64,000 nt of DNA, from positions 104,071 through 168,070 of the forward strand of contig NZ_JAKFDQ010000016.1 in NCBI RefSeq assembly GCF_036676075.1, written 5' to 3'. The translations under genes and the position numbers were made by a program. Shown in pieces: positions 27,428 to 37,728 of the stretch. The notes below the pieces were generated by a model. That model ran no database searches. It was not told where the DNA came from and saw only the letters and a program-made list of their open reading frames with translations. This DNA comes from Flavihumibacter sp. Lineage in GTDB: Bacteria > Bacteroidota > Bacteroidia > Chitinophagales > Chitinophagaceae. How positions within the stretch are numbered: position 1 is the first letter of the stretch; every line of letters starts with the position of its first letter.

Positions 27428-30070
27428 ATGAGAAAAAACAGTATTCTGCTGATGTTCGCCCTTGCACTGGCCACCGGAGCCATGGCGCAAAAGAAGAACA
27501 AGAAGCAAAAACAGCCCGCGCCTGTTGCCGCGGACACAGCAAAAAAGGCCGCCCCGGCCGCTCCCGCCAAGGCCTCCATTAAAGACAAAGTGAAGTCCAG
27601 CAAGAAGATCGACGGGATGTTCACCCTCTACCAGGATACTGTTACCGGCAGTGTGCAGATGTACCTGAGAAAAGACCAGCTCGGAAAAGAATATATCTAC
27701 CAGAGCTTTTCTATGGGTGGACCAACAGCTTTATTCCTTCACCAGAACATGCTTCGCGAGACCTTCCCCTTCAAAGTACAGAAGGCCTACGACAAGCTGG
27801 AGTTCATGCAGCTCAACACCAATTTCTATTATGATAAAGGCAACGCTGTTAGCAAAGCTGCCAATGTGGATGTGAGCGATGCGGTTTTCTTTGCCGAGAA
27901 ATTCACTGTGGAAGATAGCCTCGGCTACCTGATTCCAGTGGATGGTCTCTTGCTTGGCGATAAGCTCGACCAGGTTAAACCAACCATGCCGCCAACAATT
28001 CCTCCTGGCGCTGTATTCAACCTCGGAAACCTGAACCCTGCCAAATCTAAATATGGTATGGTGCGCAGCTTCCCTAATAATACAGACGTATTGGTGGAAC
28101 TGGCATACGACAATCCAAACCCACTGAACCGTGGTGGAAAAGATATCACCGACGCGCGTTTTGTTCGCGTTAAAATGCAGCATTCATTCCTGGCTATGCC
28201 CGAGAATGATTACCGCGCAAGAAGAGATGATCCAAGGGTTGGATATTTTGGCGGACAGGTTGATGACCTTACATCACTTTCCTTTACTCCCTACAAAGAT
28301 TTTATCAGCCGCTGGCATCTTGTAAAGAAAGATCCATCTGCTGCCATCAGCGAGCCGGTTGAACCGATCGTTTGGTGGATCGAGAATACAACCCCTGTTG
28401 AATTCAGGCAAACCATCAAGGAAGCAGGAGAGAAGTGGAATGAAGCTTTCGAGAAAGCTGGTTTCCGCAATGCTGTAGTGATGAAGATCATGCCTGATGA
28501 TGCCGATTGGGATCCTGCTGATATCCGCTATAATGTTATCCGCTGGGTAAGCAGTGCCAATCCGCCTTATGGTGCCATCGGACCAAGTTTCTTTAATCCA
28601 CGCACCGGACAGATCCTCGGGTCTGATATCACGGTAGAGTGGAGGAGTGGTGCCGGTACACCAAATTTTGATGAGCTGTTCAACGGCGGACTATCAACTG
28701 CAGCAGTAACAATGCCGTGGGATAATCCTGCTGAAGCAGTTAAGCCTCCGGTAACAAATGGTTTTGGTCATAAGCACCTTGCCACCTGTGCAATGGCAAA
28801 TGAACTCGCTATTCAATTCCAGACAGGACTTGCAGCAGTTGAAATTCTTGATGATGCACCTGCTAATGGAAAAGCAGCAGGTGAAATCAGTGAGATGCAC
28901 AAGCAGTTCCTCTATTATCTGATCATGCATGAAATGGGTCATACACTTGGACTGAACCATAACATGAAAGCAAGCCAGATGCTGAGTCCGGAGCAGATCC
29001 ACGACAAGGAGATCACTTCAAAGATCGGTTCGCTGGGTTCAGTGATGGACTATCCATCCATCAACGTTAACAGCAACCGCGCTAAGCAGGGTGATTACTA
29101 TACAACTAAAGCTGGTCCATATGATATATGGGCTATCGAATATGGTTATAAGCCATTCTCTGCTGCTGAAGAAGAGAGTGCTCTCGCGGCTATCCTTAGT
29201 CGCAGTACTGATCCTCAGCTCGCCTTCGGTAATGATGCCGATGATATGCGTGGCTCAGGTGGTATCGATCCAAGGGTAATGGTGAATGATAACAGTAATG
29301 ACATGATTGCATATGCAGAGGACAGGTTCAAGTTGGTGAACACTATGCTCCCCAAATTGAAAGCTCGCTTTGCACGTCCTGACCAGAGCTGGAATGAACT
29401 CCGTACACGTTACCTGATGTTACAGGGACAGCGTTCACAAATGGCGAATGCGGTTAGCCGTTATATTGGTGGTGTGTATGTAGATAGAAGTTACCCCGGA
29501 CAAAAAAGCAAGAGCAATCCTTTCACTGTAGTTCCTGTTGAATACCAGAAGAAGGCGATGGCGTTGCTTACGAAGTATCTCTATTCACCAAATGCCTTCC
29601 AGGCCGATGCACAGTTATTCCCTTACCTGCAGGCGCAGCGTCGTGGATTCTCTTTCTTTGGTGTTGGCGAAGATTTCAAAGCACAGAATGTTGCACAGCA
29701 GGTACAGATGCCTTCATTGGGACATATCCTGCATCCCAATACCCTGGCGCGTATCAACAACAGCTCACTCTATGGAAATACCTATAGTGTTGCTGATGTT
29801 ATGGGCGACCTGGCAAAAGGAATTTTCAGTGAAGACCTGAAAGGAAATGTGAATCTTTATCGCCAGAACCTGCAGACAGAATTTGTAAAAGGTGCAGCAG
29901 CAATAGTTGATGCAAAAGCTGGTTATGATAATTCTTCAAAGGCAGCCGCGCTGTTAACTTTGAAGAAAGTGAAGACTATGCTTGCCGGTGCTGTAAGTAC
30001 AAATGAGCAGACAAAAGCACACAGGATGAACCTTGTGCTTATCATTGATAATGCACTTGATCCTGAATAA
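27428..30070 (+). CDS. secreted zinc-dependent metalloprotease (EcxA/DUF4953-type); start revised
   Basis: Signal peptide; DDPRVGYF, HEMGHTLGLNHN and Met-turn SVMDY. Confidence 0.9.
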   Translation: MRKNSILLMFALALATGAMAQKKNKKQKQPAPVAADTAKKAAPAAPAKASIKDKVKSSKKIDGMFTLYQDTVTGSVQMYLRKDQLGKEYIYQSFSMGGPTALFLHQNMLRETFPFKVQKAYDKLEFMQLNTNFYYDKGNAVSKAANVDVSDAVFFAEKFTVEDSLGYLIPVDGLLLGDKLDQVKPTMPPTIPPGAVFNLGNLNPAKSKYGMVRSFPNNTDVLVELAYDNPNPLNRGGKDITDARFVRVKMQHSFLAMPENDYRARRDDPRVGYFGGQVDDLTSLSFTPYKDFISRWHLVKKDPSAAISEPVEPIVWWIENTTPVEFRQTIKEAGEKWNEAFEKAGFRNAVVMKIMPDDADWDPADIRYNVIRWVSSANPPYGAIGPSFFNPRTGQILGSDITVEWRSGAGTPNFDELFNGGLSTAAVTMPWDNPAEAVKPPVTNGFGHKHLATCAMANELAIQFQTGLAAVEILDDAPANGKAAGEISEMHKQFLYYLIMHEMGHTLGLNHNMKASQMLSPEQIHDKEITSKIGSLGSVMDYPSINVNSNRAKQGDYYTTKAGPYDIWAIEYGYKPFSAAEEESALAAILSRSTDPQLAFGNDADDMRGSGGIDPRVMVNDNSNDMIAYAEDRFKLVNTMLPKLKARFARPDQSWNELRTRYLMLQGQRSQMANAVSRYIGGVYVDRSYPGQKSKSNPFTVVPVEYQKKAMALLTKYLYSPNAFQADAQLFPYLQAQRRGFSFFGVGEDFKAQNVAQQVQMPSLGHILHPNTLARINNSSLYGNTYSVADVMGDLAKGIFSEDLKGNVNLYRQNLQTEFVKGAAAIVDAKAGYDNSSKAAALLTLKKVKTMLAGAVSTNEQTKAHRMNLVLIIDNALDPE

Positions 30071-30097
30071 GGTGATGGTGTAGATGAAAGAATAAAC

Positions 30098-30129
30098 AAA
30101 GAAGCCGTCTCATTTGAGGCGGCTTCTTT
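30098..30129. terminator. bidirectional terminator
   Basis: AAAGAAGCCG-TCTCATTTGAGG-CGGCTTCTTT. Confidence 0.8.
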
Positions 30130-30136
30130 GTTTATA

Positions 30137-30673
30137 TCAAAACGCATTCTTCCACATCATACTTTCAATAGGCCTGTCTGGCTGTCCGCTATACTTCGCA
30201 TTTTTCTTCTGGTTGTACTTCACTTCAATTTCACCATCCACCGGGAAATAGATCAACTGCCCGATCGGCATCCCCTTATAAACCTTCACCGGTTGCTTAA
30301 CCGAAATTTCGAGGGTCCAGTGCCCGCAGAAACCAACATCTCCCTTACCCGCGGTAGCATGAATGTCGATACCCAGCCGGCCGGTTGATGATTTTCCTTC
30401 CAGGAAAGGCACATGCGCATGCGTTTCAGTATACTCTTCCGTTACGCCCAGGTAAAAGATATGCGGGTATAATACAAACCCATCTTCAGGTATCTCGAAA
30501 TATTCGATCTGGTTATGTTTTTTGGCATCGAGGATATGCTCCTTATAAGTGGCAAGCCATTTGCCCAGATGAACATCATAGGAGTTGCTTCCAAGGCATT
30601 CACGCTGGTAGGGTTCGATCTTAATGGTTCCTTTTTCAAATTCTTCCAGAATACGGGTGTCCGACAGAATCAT
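30137..30673 (-). CDS. dcd: dCTP deaminase
   Basis: NSYDVHLG, EGKSSTGRLG, GDVGFCGHWTLE. Confidence 0.93.
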   Translation of the reverse strand: MILSDTRILEEFEKGTIKIEPYQRECLGSNSYDVHLGKWLATYKEHILDAKKHNQIEYFEIPEDGFVLYPHIFYLGVTEEYTETHAHVPFLEGKSSTGRLGIDIHATAGKGDVGFCGHWTLEISVKQPVKVYKGMPIGQLIYFPVDGEIEVKYNQKKNAKYSGQPDRPIESMMWKNAF

Positions 30674-30750
30674 GTGCTTCGCTTATTTTATATTTGATGA
30701 TCAGTGCCCTTTGAAACGGGTCCTGCAATGTTACCTTCAAAATCGCAACC

Positions 30751-31389
30751 TTGGCCTTATTTTATCAACATAATATCAACCATTCCACCCGGCTGGCTAT
30801 TTGGCGCATAGAAGAACCTGAAGAATTTTTCCTGGAGCGCGTTCCGCTGAAAAAAGATGTCACCCATCCCTATAAACGCCTGCAGCACCTGGCTGGCCGA
30901 TACCTGCTGCTGGAACTGTTCAATGATTTCCCGCTTTCGGAGATCATGGTCGCCGATACCCGCAAGCCCTACCTGCCAGGAGAGAAATACCATTTTTCCA
31001 TCTCCCATTGTGGCAATTTCGCAGCGGCCATTGCCAGCAGCGAAAAAAGAGTGGGGATAGATATAGAACTGGTAACACCCCGCATTGAAAGGATCTCTCA
31101 TAAGTTCCTCACAGAAAAAGAGCAGGATTTCCTCCGCGAATGGGAATTGTTCGACCGGTTACAGTTAGAACTGGTTACCACTCTCTGGAGCGCCAAAGAG
31201 GCGGTGTTCAAATGGTATGGCAATGGAAAAGTTGATTTCCGCGAGCATATCAAACTGGCCGGACCGCTTCATTATACCGCCAGTGAATGGATGCGGCTGC
31301 CTTTCAGTTTTGAAAAGGAAGCACCGGTTGAACTCAATATTGAAGCCAGGATCTTTGAACACCTGGTGCTTGCCTTCACGGTATCATAA
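30751..31389 (+). CDS. 4'-phosphopantetheinyl transferase superfamily protein (TTG start)
   Basis: FSISHC, VGIDIE, WSAKEAVFK. Confidence 0.9.
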   Translation: MALFYQHNINHSTRLAIWRIEEPEEFFLERVPLKKDVTHPYKRLQHLAGRYLLLELFNDFPLSEIMVADTRKPYLPGEKYHFSISHCGNFAAAIASSEKRVGIDIELVTPRIERISHKFLTEKEQDFLREWELFDRLQLELVTTLWSAKEAVFKWYGNGKVDFREHIKLAGPLHYTASEWMRLPFSFEKEAPVELNIEARIFEHLVLAFTVS

Positions 31390-31403
31390 ATTCGGTATAC
31401 ATA

Positions 31404-32675
31404 TTATTCGGGAAGCTCAAGTGGATCGTCATCCGCCAGACTAAGATTCACCATATCAGCACCGGCGATCCCTTCAATACTTCCTTTAACATGCGCGGCA
31501 TTCAGTAAAACTTTTTCAAGCTGCTTCTCACGTGCCTTCCAGAGTTTTTCCATGGCATCCCTTTCACGCTGAATGCTGAGCTTCATGCTGAGAAATCCTT
31601 CGCGTATGGCTTTCCACTGTTCACTGAATTCATTGCTGGTGAGATAATCATAGAGCATATGCATCTTATCTCCCTTATTCTCCTGGTTGCGCGCGGCATT
31701 AGAAATTTTGATGATGCTATCCCTCAATACTTGCACCAGTGGCTTCACTTCAGCAAAGCTGCAGATCCAGATGCCATTCTTCTCTCCAAACTGGTCCATA
31801 TCGGCTGGCATGTTCTGCGTTACAAGGATGGCCATATCAGCGCCCTGGTTTCTGCAATCGGCCTTTAGTTTTTCTATCCAGTCCTGCGAGAAAACTTTTG
31901 TTCGCTTGCTTTCAAAAATGATACTGCCACATTCCTGTCCAAACTGGTTGCGGATAGTTAGAATACAATCTGCCCCTCTCACACCTTTCCCCACTTCAGA
32001 AACCATATCAAATGGAAAGCAGGTTCTAAGCATTTCTTCCAGTGCGAGTTCCATCACTTCACCCTGTAACTGCATACTGCCCTGTTCTGCCTTGCGACGC
32101 ATTTCTTCTGCCAGCTTTTTCTGGTCTTCCAATTGTTTTTCCAGCTCTTTCAGTCGAAGCTGAAACTCAGTTTCCTTAGCGATATTTTTCTGCTCTTCTA
32201 TCTTTCTTATCTCATCAGAAAGCTTTCCTCTTTCCTCCTGAAGCTTGGTGTGCAATACAATCTCCAGTTCGGCTTCCTTATTTTTTAGCTCCTGCTCTTT
32301 GCGAAGAAAGTCGAGTTCCTTCTTCCTCGACTCACGAAGTTTTTCTTCATTGTCTCGGTTGGTATCCTGCAATATTTTTAACTGGTTCTCAAAATCAGCA
32401 TGCATGCTTTTGCGAATGGATTCTTCCAGTTGCTGGTTCTGTTTTTTTAATTCCTGGTCGAGCTGGCTCCTGTACGCAGCTTCCTGGCTGCGCTTGAAAA
32501 CTTCAAACGCTTCATCTTTTTTACGAAGCTCTTCTTCCTTCTGGTTCCTGTATTCGATCATCTTTTCCCGCAGTTCCTGCTTCTCCTTTTCTATCGCCTC
32601 CTTCAGCTCATCATTGAGCGCCTCTTCCAGCGGAAATTCATGTCCGCAGTTGGGACATTTAATATTTGTGGCCAT
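31404..32675 (-). CDS. DUF2130 coiled-coil protein
   Basis: IKCPNC N-terminus, long coiled coil, GSMQLQGEVME, IIFESKRTK. Confidence 0.88.
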   Translation of the reverse strand: MATNIKCPNCGHEFPLEEALNDELKEAIEKEKQELREKMIEYRNQKEEELRKKDEAFEVFKRSQEAAYRSQLDQELKKQNQQLEESIRKSMHADFENQLKILQDTNRDNEEKLRESRKKELDFLRKEQELKNKEAELEIVLHTKLQEERGKLSDEIRKIEEQKNIAKETEFQLRLKELEKQLEDQKKLAEEMRRKAEQGSMQLQGEVMELALEEMLRTCFPFDMVSEVGKGVRGADCILTIRNQFGQECGSIIFESKRTKVFSQDWIEKLKADCRNQGADMAILVTQNMPADMDQFGEKNGIWICSFAEVKPLVQVLRDSIIKISNAARNQENKGDKMHMLYDYLTSNEFSEQWKAIREGFLSMKLSIQRERDAMEKLWKAREKQLEKVLLNAAHVKGSIEGIAGADMVNLSLADDDPLELPE

Positions 32676-32801
32676 TCCTTCAGATTTATGGCAATTTAAG
32701 GGATGAGCGCCGAAGCATTAACAATTTCATATCATTCTTTAACCGGGCTATAGTAAAAGATTAACAGATGCAGTGGTAATTTTAGATCTAAAGCAAAACC
32801 T

Positions 32802-33572
32802 ATGAATCGTTTTTTACTTACTCTCTTTGCCGCAATCAGCTTAGCGCTGCCCACCATGGCACAGGACGATGCCTGGAAGCCGGGCGAAAAGATCAATTAC
32901 ACGGTATTTTACAGTGTGATGGGATTATATGTAAACGCCGGAACAGCCAGCTTTACAACCTCCAGCGCCGTGCATGAAGATCGTAATGTATATCATGTTG
33001 TAGGAGAGGGAAGAACCAATCCAAGCTACGACTGGATCTTTAAGGTGCGCGATCGTTATGAAACATTCATCGACCAGGAAAGTAAGAAGCCGGTGAAGTT
33101 TATCCGCAATGTTCATGAGGGCAACTACAAGCGTTATGAAGAAGTTGTTTTTGATCATGGCGAGAAGGCAGCAGTAACTAAAAAAGGTATCTATAAAATT
33201 CCTAATGAGGTGCAGGATGTGGTGAGTTCACTCTACTATGCGCGCAACCTCGATTACGATAAATTCAAACCCAATGATAAGATCCGTTTCAACATGTTCC
33301 TCGGTGATGAAGTATATGATATGTATATCCGTTATGTTGGAAAGGAAACGATCAAGACCAAGTTCGGAACCTACCGTGCTATAAAACTCAAGCCTTTGCT
33401 GATAAAAGGAAATGTGTTTGAAGGAGGAGAGAAAATGACGGTGTGGGTAACCGATGATGCCAACCATATTCCCGTACGTATTGAAAGTGATCTCAGTGTA
33501 GGAAAGGTTAAGGTGGACCTTAATAACCATAAAAACCTGAAGTACCCGCTTACATCGCTTGCAACCAAATAA
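32802..33572 (+). CDS. DUF3108 exported protein
   Basis: Signal peptide; GEKINY, FKVRDRYE, VWVTDDANHIPVRIES. Confidence 0.82.
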   Translation: MNRFLLTLFAAISLALPTMAQDDAWKPGEKINYTVFYSVMGLYVNAGTASFTTSSAVHEDRNVYHVVGEGRTNPSYDWIFKVRDRYETFIDQESKKPVKFIRNVHEGNYKRYEEVVFDHGEKAAVTKKGIYKIPNEVQDVVSSLYYARNLDYDKFKPNDKIRFNMFLGDEVYDMYIRYVGKETIKTKFGTYRAIKLKPLLIKGNVFEGGEKMTVWVTDDANHIPVRIESDLSVGKVKVDLNNHKNLKYPLTSLATK

Positions 33573-33607
33573 TCATTTGTGATGGTTAATCCATCCCTAT
33601 TTTCGAA

Positions 33608-33635
33608 AAGAGAAGGCTTAGGCCTTCTTTTTTTA
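33608..33635 (+). terminator. intrinsic terminator
   Basis: AGAAGGC-TTAG-GCCTTCT followed by a T-run. Confidence 0.7.
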
Positions 33636-33719
33636 TGCCCATTTGCTATTGATGCCTAATCAAACTTGGCTATCTCTTCAAAATGCTATAATATGAAGAT
33701 CAATTTTTAAAAAGGGGAA

Positions 33720-34793
33720 ATGAGCAAGATTCGAGTATTGGTAGTAGGCTGCGGAAATATGGGAACCGCCCATGCAATAGCCTATCATAATAATGATGCC
33801 TTCAAGATCTGCGGCATCGTGGCAAGAGGAAACAGCAAGCATATACTAAATGAAAAGCTGGGCAATGCCTATGATGTATATGATGATTATTTTACAGCGC
33901 TTGAAGCTTCCTCTCCTGATGCGGTTTGTATATCCACCTATCCCGATACGCACGAAAGCTATGCAATAGCCGCATTGGAAAAGAATCTGCATGTGTTCAT
34001 CGAAAAGCCACTGGCCGACACCGTTGAAGGAGCAGAGCGGGTAGTGGAGATGGCGAAAAGAAAAGACAGAAAACTGGTTACAGGATACATACTCCGCCAT
34101 CATCCATCCTGGCAGTATTTTATCAAAGCATCACATGAGTTGGGAAAGCCACTGGTGATGCGCATGAACCTCAACCAGCAGAGCAATGGTAAGAAATGGG
34201 CCGTGCATAAGAACCTGCTGGAAAGTCTGAGTCCCATCGTTGACTGTGGTGTTCACTATATTGATGTGATGTGCCAGATGACAAGATCGAGGCCGGTGCA
34301 GGTGAGTGCCATAGGCGCGCGATTAAGCGATGATATCCCCGCCGATAATTACAACTACGGACAACTACAGATCCGCTTTGAAGATGGTTCTGTGGGATGG
34401 TATGAAGCAGGCTGGGGGCCAATGATTAGTGAGACGGCATTTTTTGTGAAGGATGTTTTCGGTCCGATGGGATCAGCCTCCATTGTTGCGAAGCAGGCCG
34501 CTGCGGCCGGCAAATCAGATGATATTGATTCACATACAAAAACAGAATCTATTCTTATCCACCATGCTGCATTGGATGGTGATGGAAACTATATCCGCGA
34601 AGATGAATGGGTTGACCTTAGTGATGAACCCGATCACCAGGAATTATGCAATCGCCAGCAGGCATATTTCCTGCGGACCATCCGCGAGAGCATCGATCTC
34701 TCCGATCATATGCTGGATGCCGTAAACAGCTTGCGAATTGCATTCGCCTGTGATGAATCTGTCAGAACCGGTAAAGTGGTCATGCTCCCATAA
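33720..34793 (+). CDS. Gfo/Idh/MocA oxidoreductase
   Basis: VVGCGNMG, HVFIEKP, DCGVHYID. Confidence 0.9.
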   Translation: MSKIRVLVVGCGNMGTAHAIAYHNNDAFKICGIVARGNSKHILNEKLGNAYDVYDDYFTALEASSPDAVCISTYPDTHESYAIAALEKNLHVFIEKPLADTVEGAERVVEMAKRKDRKLVTGYILRHHPSWQYFIKASHELGKPLVMRMNLNQQSNGKKWAVHKNLLESLSPIVDCGVHYIDVMCQMTRSRPVQVSAIGARLSDDIPADNYNYGQLQIRFEDGSVGWYEAGWGPMISETAFFVKDVFGPMGSASIVAKQAAAAGKSDDIDSHTKTESILIHHAALDGDGNYIREDEWVDLSDEPDHQELCNRQQAYFLRTIRESIDLSDHMLDAVNSLRIAFACDESVRTGKVVMLP

Positions 34794-34802
34794 TACATTT
34801 TC

Positions 34803-36074
34803 ATGAAGCGATCATTCAGCATCCATCCTTTCATTGCCTTCCTGCTGGTATCCGTTGCCGTGGGGATCATATTCGGACTGCCACTTAAATCAATAGCCGG
34901 CAGTCTCGAAAAAGGAATAGGCGATATCATGTCGGCGCTGGTGATACTGCTTGTATGCGGCGCCATGTTTGGAAAGATCATCGCTGAATCAGGCGCTGCA
35001 CAAAGAATAGCATCAGCGATGATTGCCGCTGTTGGCGTAAAGCATATACAATGGGCCATGATGGCCATCGGCTTTATTATCGGCATTCCACTTTTCTATG
35101 GAGTAGGATTTGTGTTGCTGGTGCCGCTGCTTTTTTCGGTATGTTATAGCTCAAAAATATCTCCTGTATATGCCGGCCTTCCCATGCTTGCGGCATTATC
35201 GGTTACTCACGGCTTTTTGCCACCACATCCATCTCCCAGTGCGCTGGTGGTGCAGTTTGGAGCAGATATGTCGCTCACCCTCATACTCGGATTGATAATC
35301 GCCATCCCGGCTATCCTGGTAGCTGGTCCGCTGCTCGCCCGGTTCCTGAAAAATATGGACTCAAAACCACTGGCAGCCTTTGTTATAGAAGAAAGACCCG
35401 CGACCGAACTGCCTGGCATTTTCAATAGTTTCTTTACTGCCCTGCTGCCGGTATTATTATTGGTGACGGCAGCTTTATTGACATTTCTATGGCCCGTGAA
35501 AGGTGCTGCCATCGATATTGTTGCATTTCTCGGATCACCATCCATCGTGTTATTGTTTTCACTTGTTTATGCAGGTATTGCATTGGGCATTTCAAGAGGC
35601 ATGAGCTTGGCAGCACTCACCGCCCATTGCGGCAGCGCTGTAGTAAGCATCGCACCGATACTACTGATCATCGCCGGTTCGGGCGCACTCAAGCAGGTGC
35701 TTACAGATACAGGTCTTAGTCAGTCCATTGCCACTGCATTAAATAAGTTGCCATTGAACCCATTGGTATTGGGATGGTTGATGGCCGCTATCATCCGCGC
35801 CTTTATTGGATCCGCCACTGTGGCTGGATTAACAACGGCCGGCATCATGACCAGTTATGCAACAGAAAGTCTCTCGTCTCCAAGCCTGATGGTACTGGCC
35901 GTTGGCGCCGGTAGCCTGGCTTTCAGTCACGTGAATGATGCAGGCTTCTGGATGTACAAAGAATACTTTAATCTTACCATGAAACAAACGCTTTTGAGTT
36001 GGTCGGTGATGGAAACGCTGGTGGCCATCGTGGGACTGATTGGCGTTTTGATCCTGAATTTTATCTTACATTAA
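34803..36074 (+). CDS. GntP-family (gluconate:H+) permease
   Basis: IHPFIAFL, HGFLPPHP, GSATVA, SHVNDAGFWM. Confidence 0.92.
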   Translation: MKRSFSIHPFIAFLLVSVAVGIIFGLPLKSIAGSLEKGIGDIMSALVILLVCGAMFGKIIAESGAAQRIASAMIAAVGVKHIQWAMMAIGFIIGIPLFYGVGFVLLVPLLFSVCYSSKISPVYAGLPMLAALSVTHGFLPPHPSPSALVVQFGADMSLTLILGLIIAIPAILVAGPLLARFLKNMDSKPLAAFVIEERPATELPGIFNSFFTALLPVLLLVTAALLTFLWPVKGAAIDIVAFLGSPSIVLLFSLVYAGIALGISRGMSLAALTAHCGSAVVSIAPILLIIAGSGALKQVLTDTGLSQSIATALNKLPLNPLVLGWLMAAIIRAFIGSATVAGLTTAGIMTSYATESLSSPSLMVLAVGAGSLAFSHVNDAGFWMYKEYFNLTMKQTLLSWSVMETLVAIVGLIGVLILNFILH

Positions 36075-36083
36075 ATATCGTTT

Positions 36084-36554
36084 ATGCAAATCATTAATGC
36101 CGACAACCAGTTAGAATCACTGGGACTAACATTGCCTCCGCCCCCCAAGCCGCTGGGTGTTTATAAGCCCTGCCTGGTGGATGGAGAATACCTTTATGTA
36201 TCGGGTCATGGAACCGTGCAGGCCGATGGCAGTCTGATAATTGGCAGGGTGGGAGACACCATCAGTATGGAAGAAGGCAAACTCGCTGCAAGGCAGGTGG
36301 GGCTTGCCATTCTGTCCACCATCAAAGCCAACCTGGGAAGTTTGAATAGAGTGAAAAGAGTGATCAAGGTATTGGGGATGGTGAACTGTGTTCCCGAGTT
36401 TGAAAAGCATCCCTATATCATCAATGGCTGCAGTGAACTCTTCGCCGAAATTTGGGGAGAAGAAAATGGCATTGGTGTACGCAGCGCGGTAGGGATGGGG
36501 TCACTACCGGATAATATTCCGGTGGAGATAGAAGCACTATTTGAATTGCATTAA
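36084..36554 (+). CDS. RidA/YjgF-family protein (atypical subfamily)
   Basis: LYVSGHG, INGCSELF, RSAVGMGSLP.NIPVEIE. Confidence 0.88.
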   Translation: MQIINADNQLESLGLTLPPPPKPLGVYKPCLVDGEYLYVSGHGTVQADGSLIIGRVGDTISMEEGKLAARQVGLAILSTIKANLGSLNRVKRVIKVLGMVNCVPEFEKHPYIINGCSELFAEIWGEENGIGVRSAVGMGSLPDNIPVEIEALFELH

Positions 36555-36564
36555 ATTGAAAACT

Positions 36565-37725
36565 ATGGTGCAGCATCAGCAACCCTGGTACACGGTTAAC
36601 GGAGTTGAAGAATTAGATTCCCCGGCCCTTCTTCTTTATCCCGATCGGGTGAAAAAGAATATCGCCACGCTCATCGAAATGGCCGGCGGAGTAGAAAGAC
36701 TGCGGCCACATGTAAAAACAAGTAAGTCTGCCGATGCCTGTCAACTGATGTTGGATGCCGGCATCTCCAAATTTAAATGCGCCACTATTGCCGAGGCCGA
36801 GATGCTTGCTACCATTGGTGCTCCTGATGTATTACTCGCCTACCAACCTGTTGGACCAAAAATCGACAGACTAATTCAACTTACCCTAACCTACACCAAC
36901 ACACGCTTTAGTTGTTTAATTGACAATGAGGCAGCCCTGGCGGCCATAGCTTTAGCGACGGCCGCCGCTAAAGCTTTGGCCGTCGGAGACGGCAGCACGA
37001 ACAGTTTAGAGCAACCATTAAACATCTACATTGATCTCAACGTCGGCATGAACCGCACCGGTATCCCCCCTGGCGATGAAGCATTTAACCTTTACATGGC
37101 AGCAAGGGAAATGAAAGGCATCAAACCCGTGGGACTGCATGCCTATGATGGACATATTCATGATGCATCGCTTTCAACCAGGAAAGAACGCTCTGCTGCT
37201 GCATTTGAACCCGTGTACAAATTGCTGGAAAGGATCGGAGAGCAGGTTGAAGACTATCCTGAATTGATTACAGGAGGAACGCCTTCTTTCCCCTATCATC
37301 TTGAAGAAGGAAGGGCAATTTGCAGTCCGGGTACTTTTGTATACTGGGACAAAGCCTATCTCGAAAAATTTACCGAACAACCCTTTCTTCTGGCGGCAAT
37401 TATTCTCACAAGGGTTGTATCAAAGCCTGGCCCCAACTTATTATGCCTTGACCTTGGGCATAAATCCATTGCCGCTGAAAATGAACTGGCGCGGCGCGTT
37501 GGGTTTCTAAATGATACTAACCTGCAACCCGTTAGCCAGAGCGAGGAACATATGGTGGTGACTTCGGCTGATGCCGATCGTTATAAGGTGGGAGATGCCA
37601 TGTATGCACTTGCCTATCATATTTGTCCATCTGTTGCCCTCTACCGCGAAGCAACATTAATCATTGACCATAAGGTTGCCGGCGTTTGGAAGACAACTGC
37701 CCGCGACAGGCGTATCACTCTTTAA
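36565..37725 (+). CDS. D-threonine aldolase/DSD1-type fold III PLP enzyme; start revised
   Basis: LDSPALL, RPHVKT (PLP Lys), GMNRTG, HAYDGH, QSEEH, HICP. Confidence 0.88.
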   Translation: MVQHQQPWYTVNGVEELDSPALLLYPDRVKKNIATLIEMAGGVERLRPHVKTSKSADACQLMLDAGISKFKCATIAEAEMLATIGAPDVLLAYQPVGPKIDRLIQLTLTYTNTRFSCLIDNEAALAAIALATAAAKALAVGDGSTNSLEQPLNIYIDLNVGMNRTGIPPGDEAFNLYMAAREMKGIKPVGLHAYDGHIHDASLSTRKERSAAAFEPVYKLLERIGEQVEDYPELITGGTPSFPYHLEEGRAICSPGTFVYWDKAYLEKFTEQPFLLAAIILTRVVSKPGPNLLCLDLGHKSIAAENELARRVGFLNDTNLQPVSQSEEHMVVTSADADRYKVGDAMYALAYHICPSVALYREATLIIDHKVAGVWKTTARDRRITL

Positions 37726-37728
37726 CTA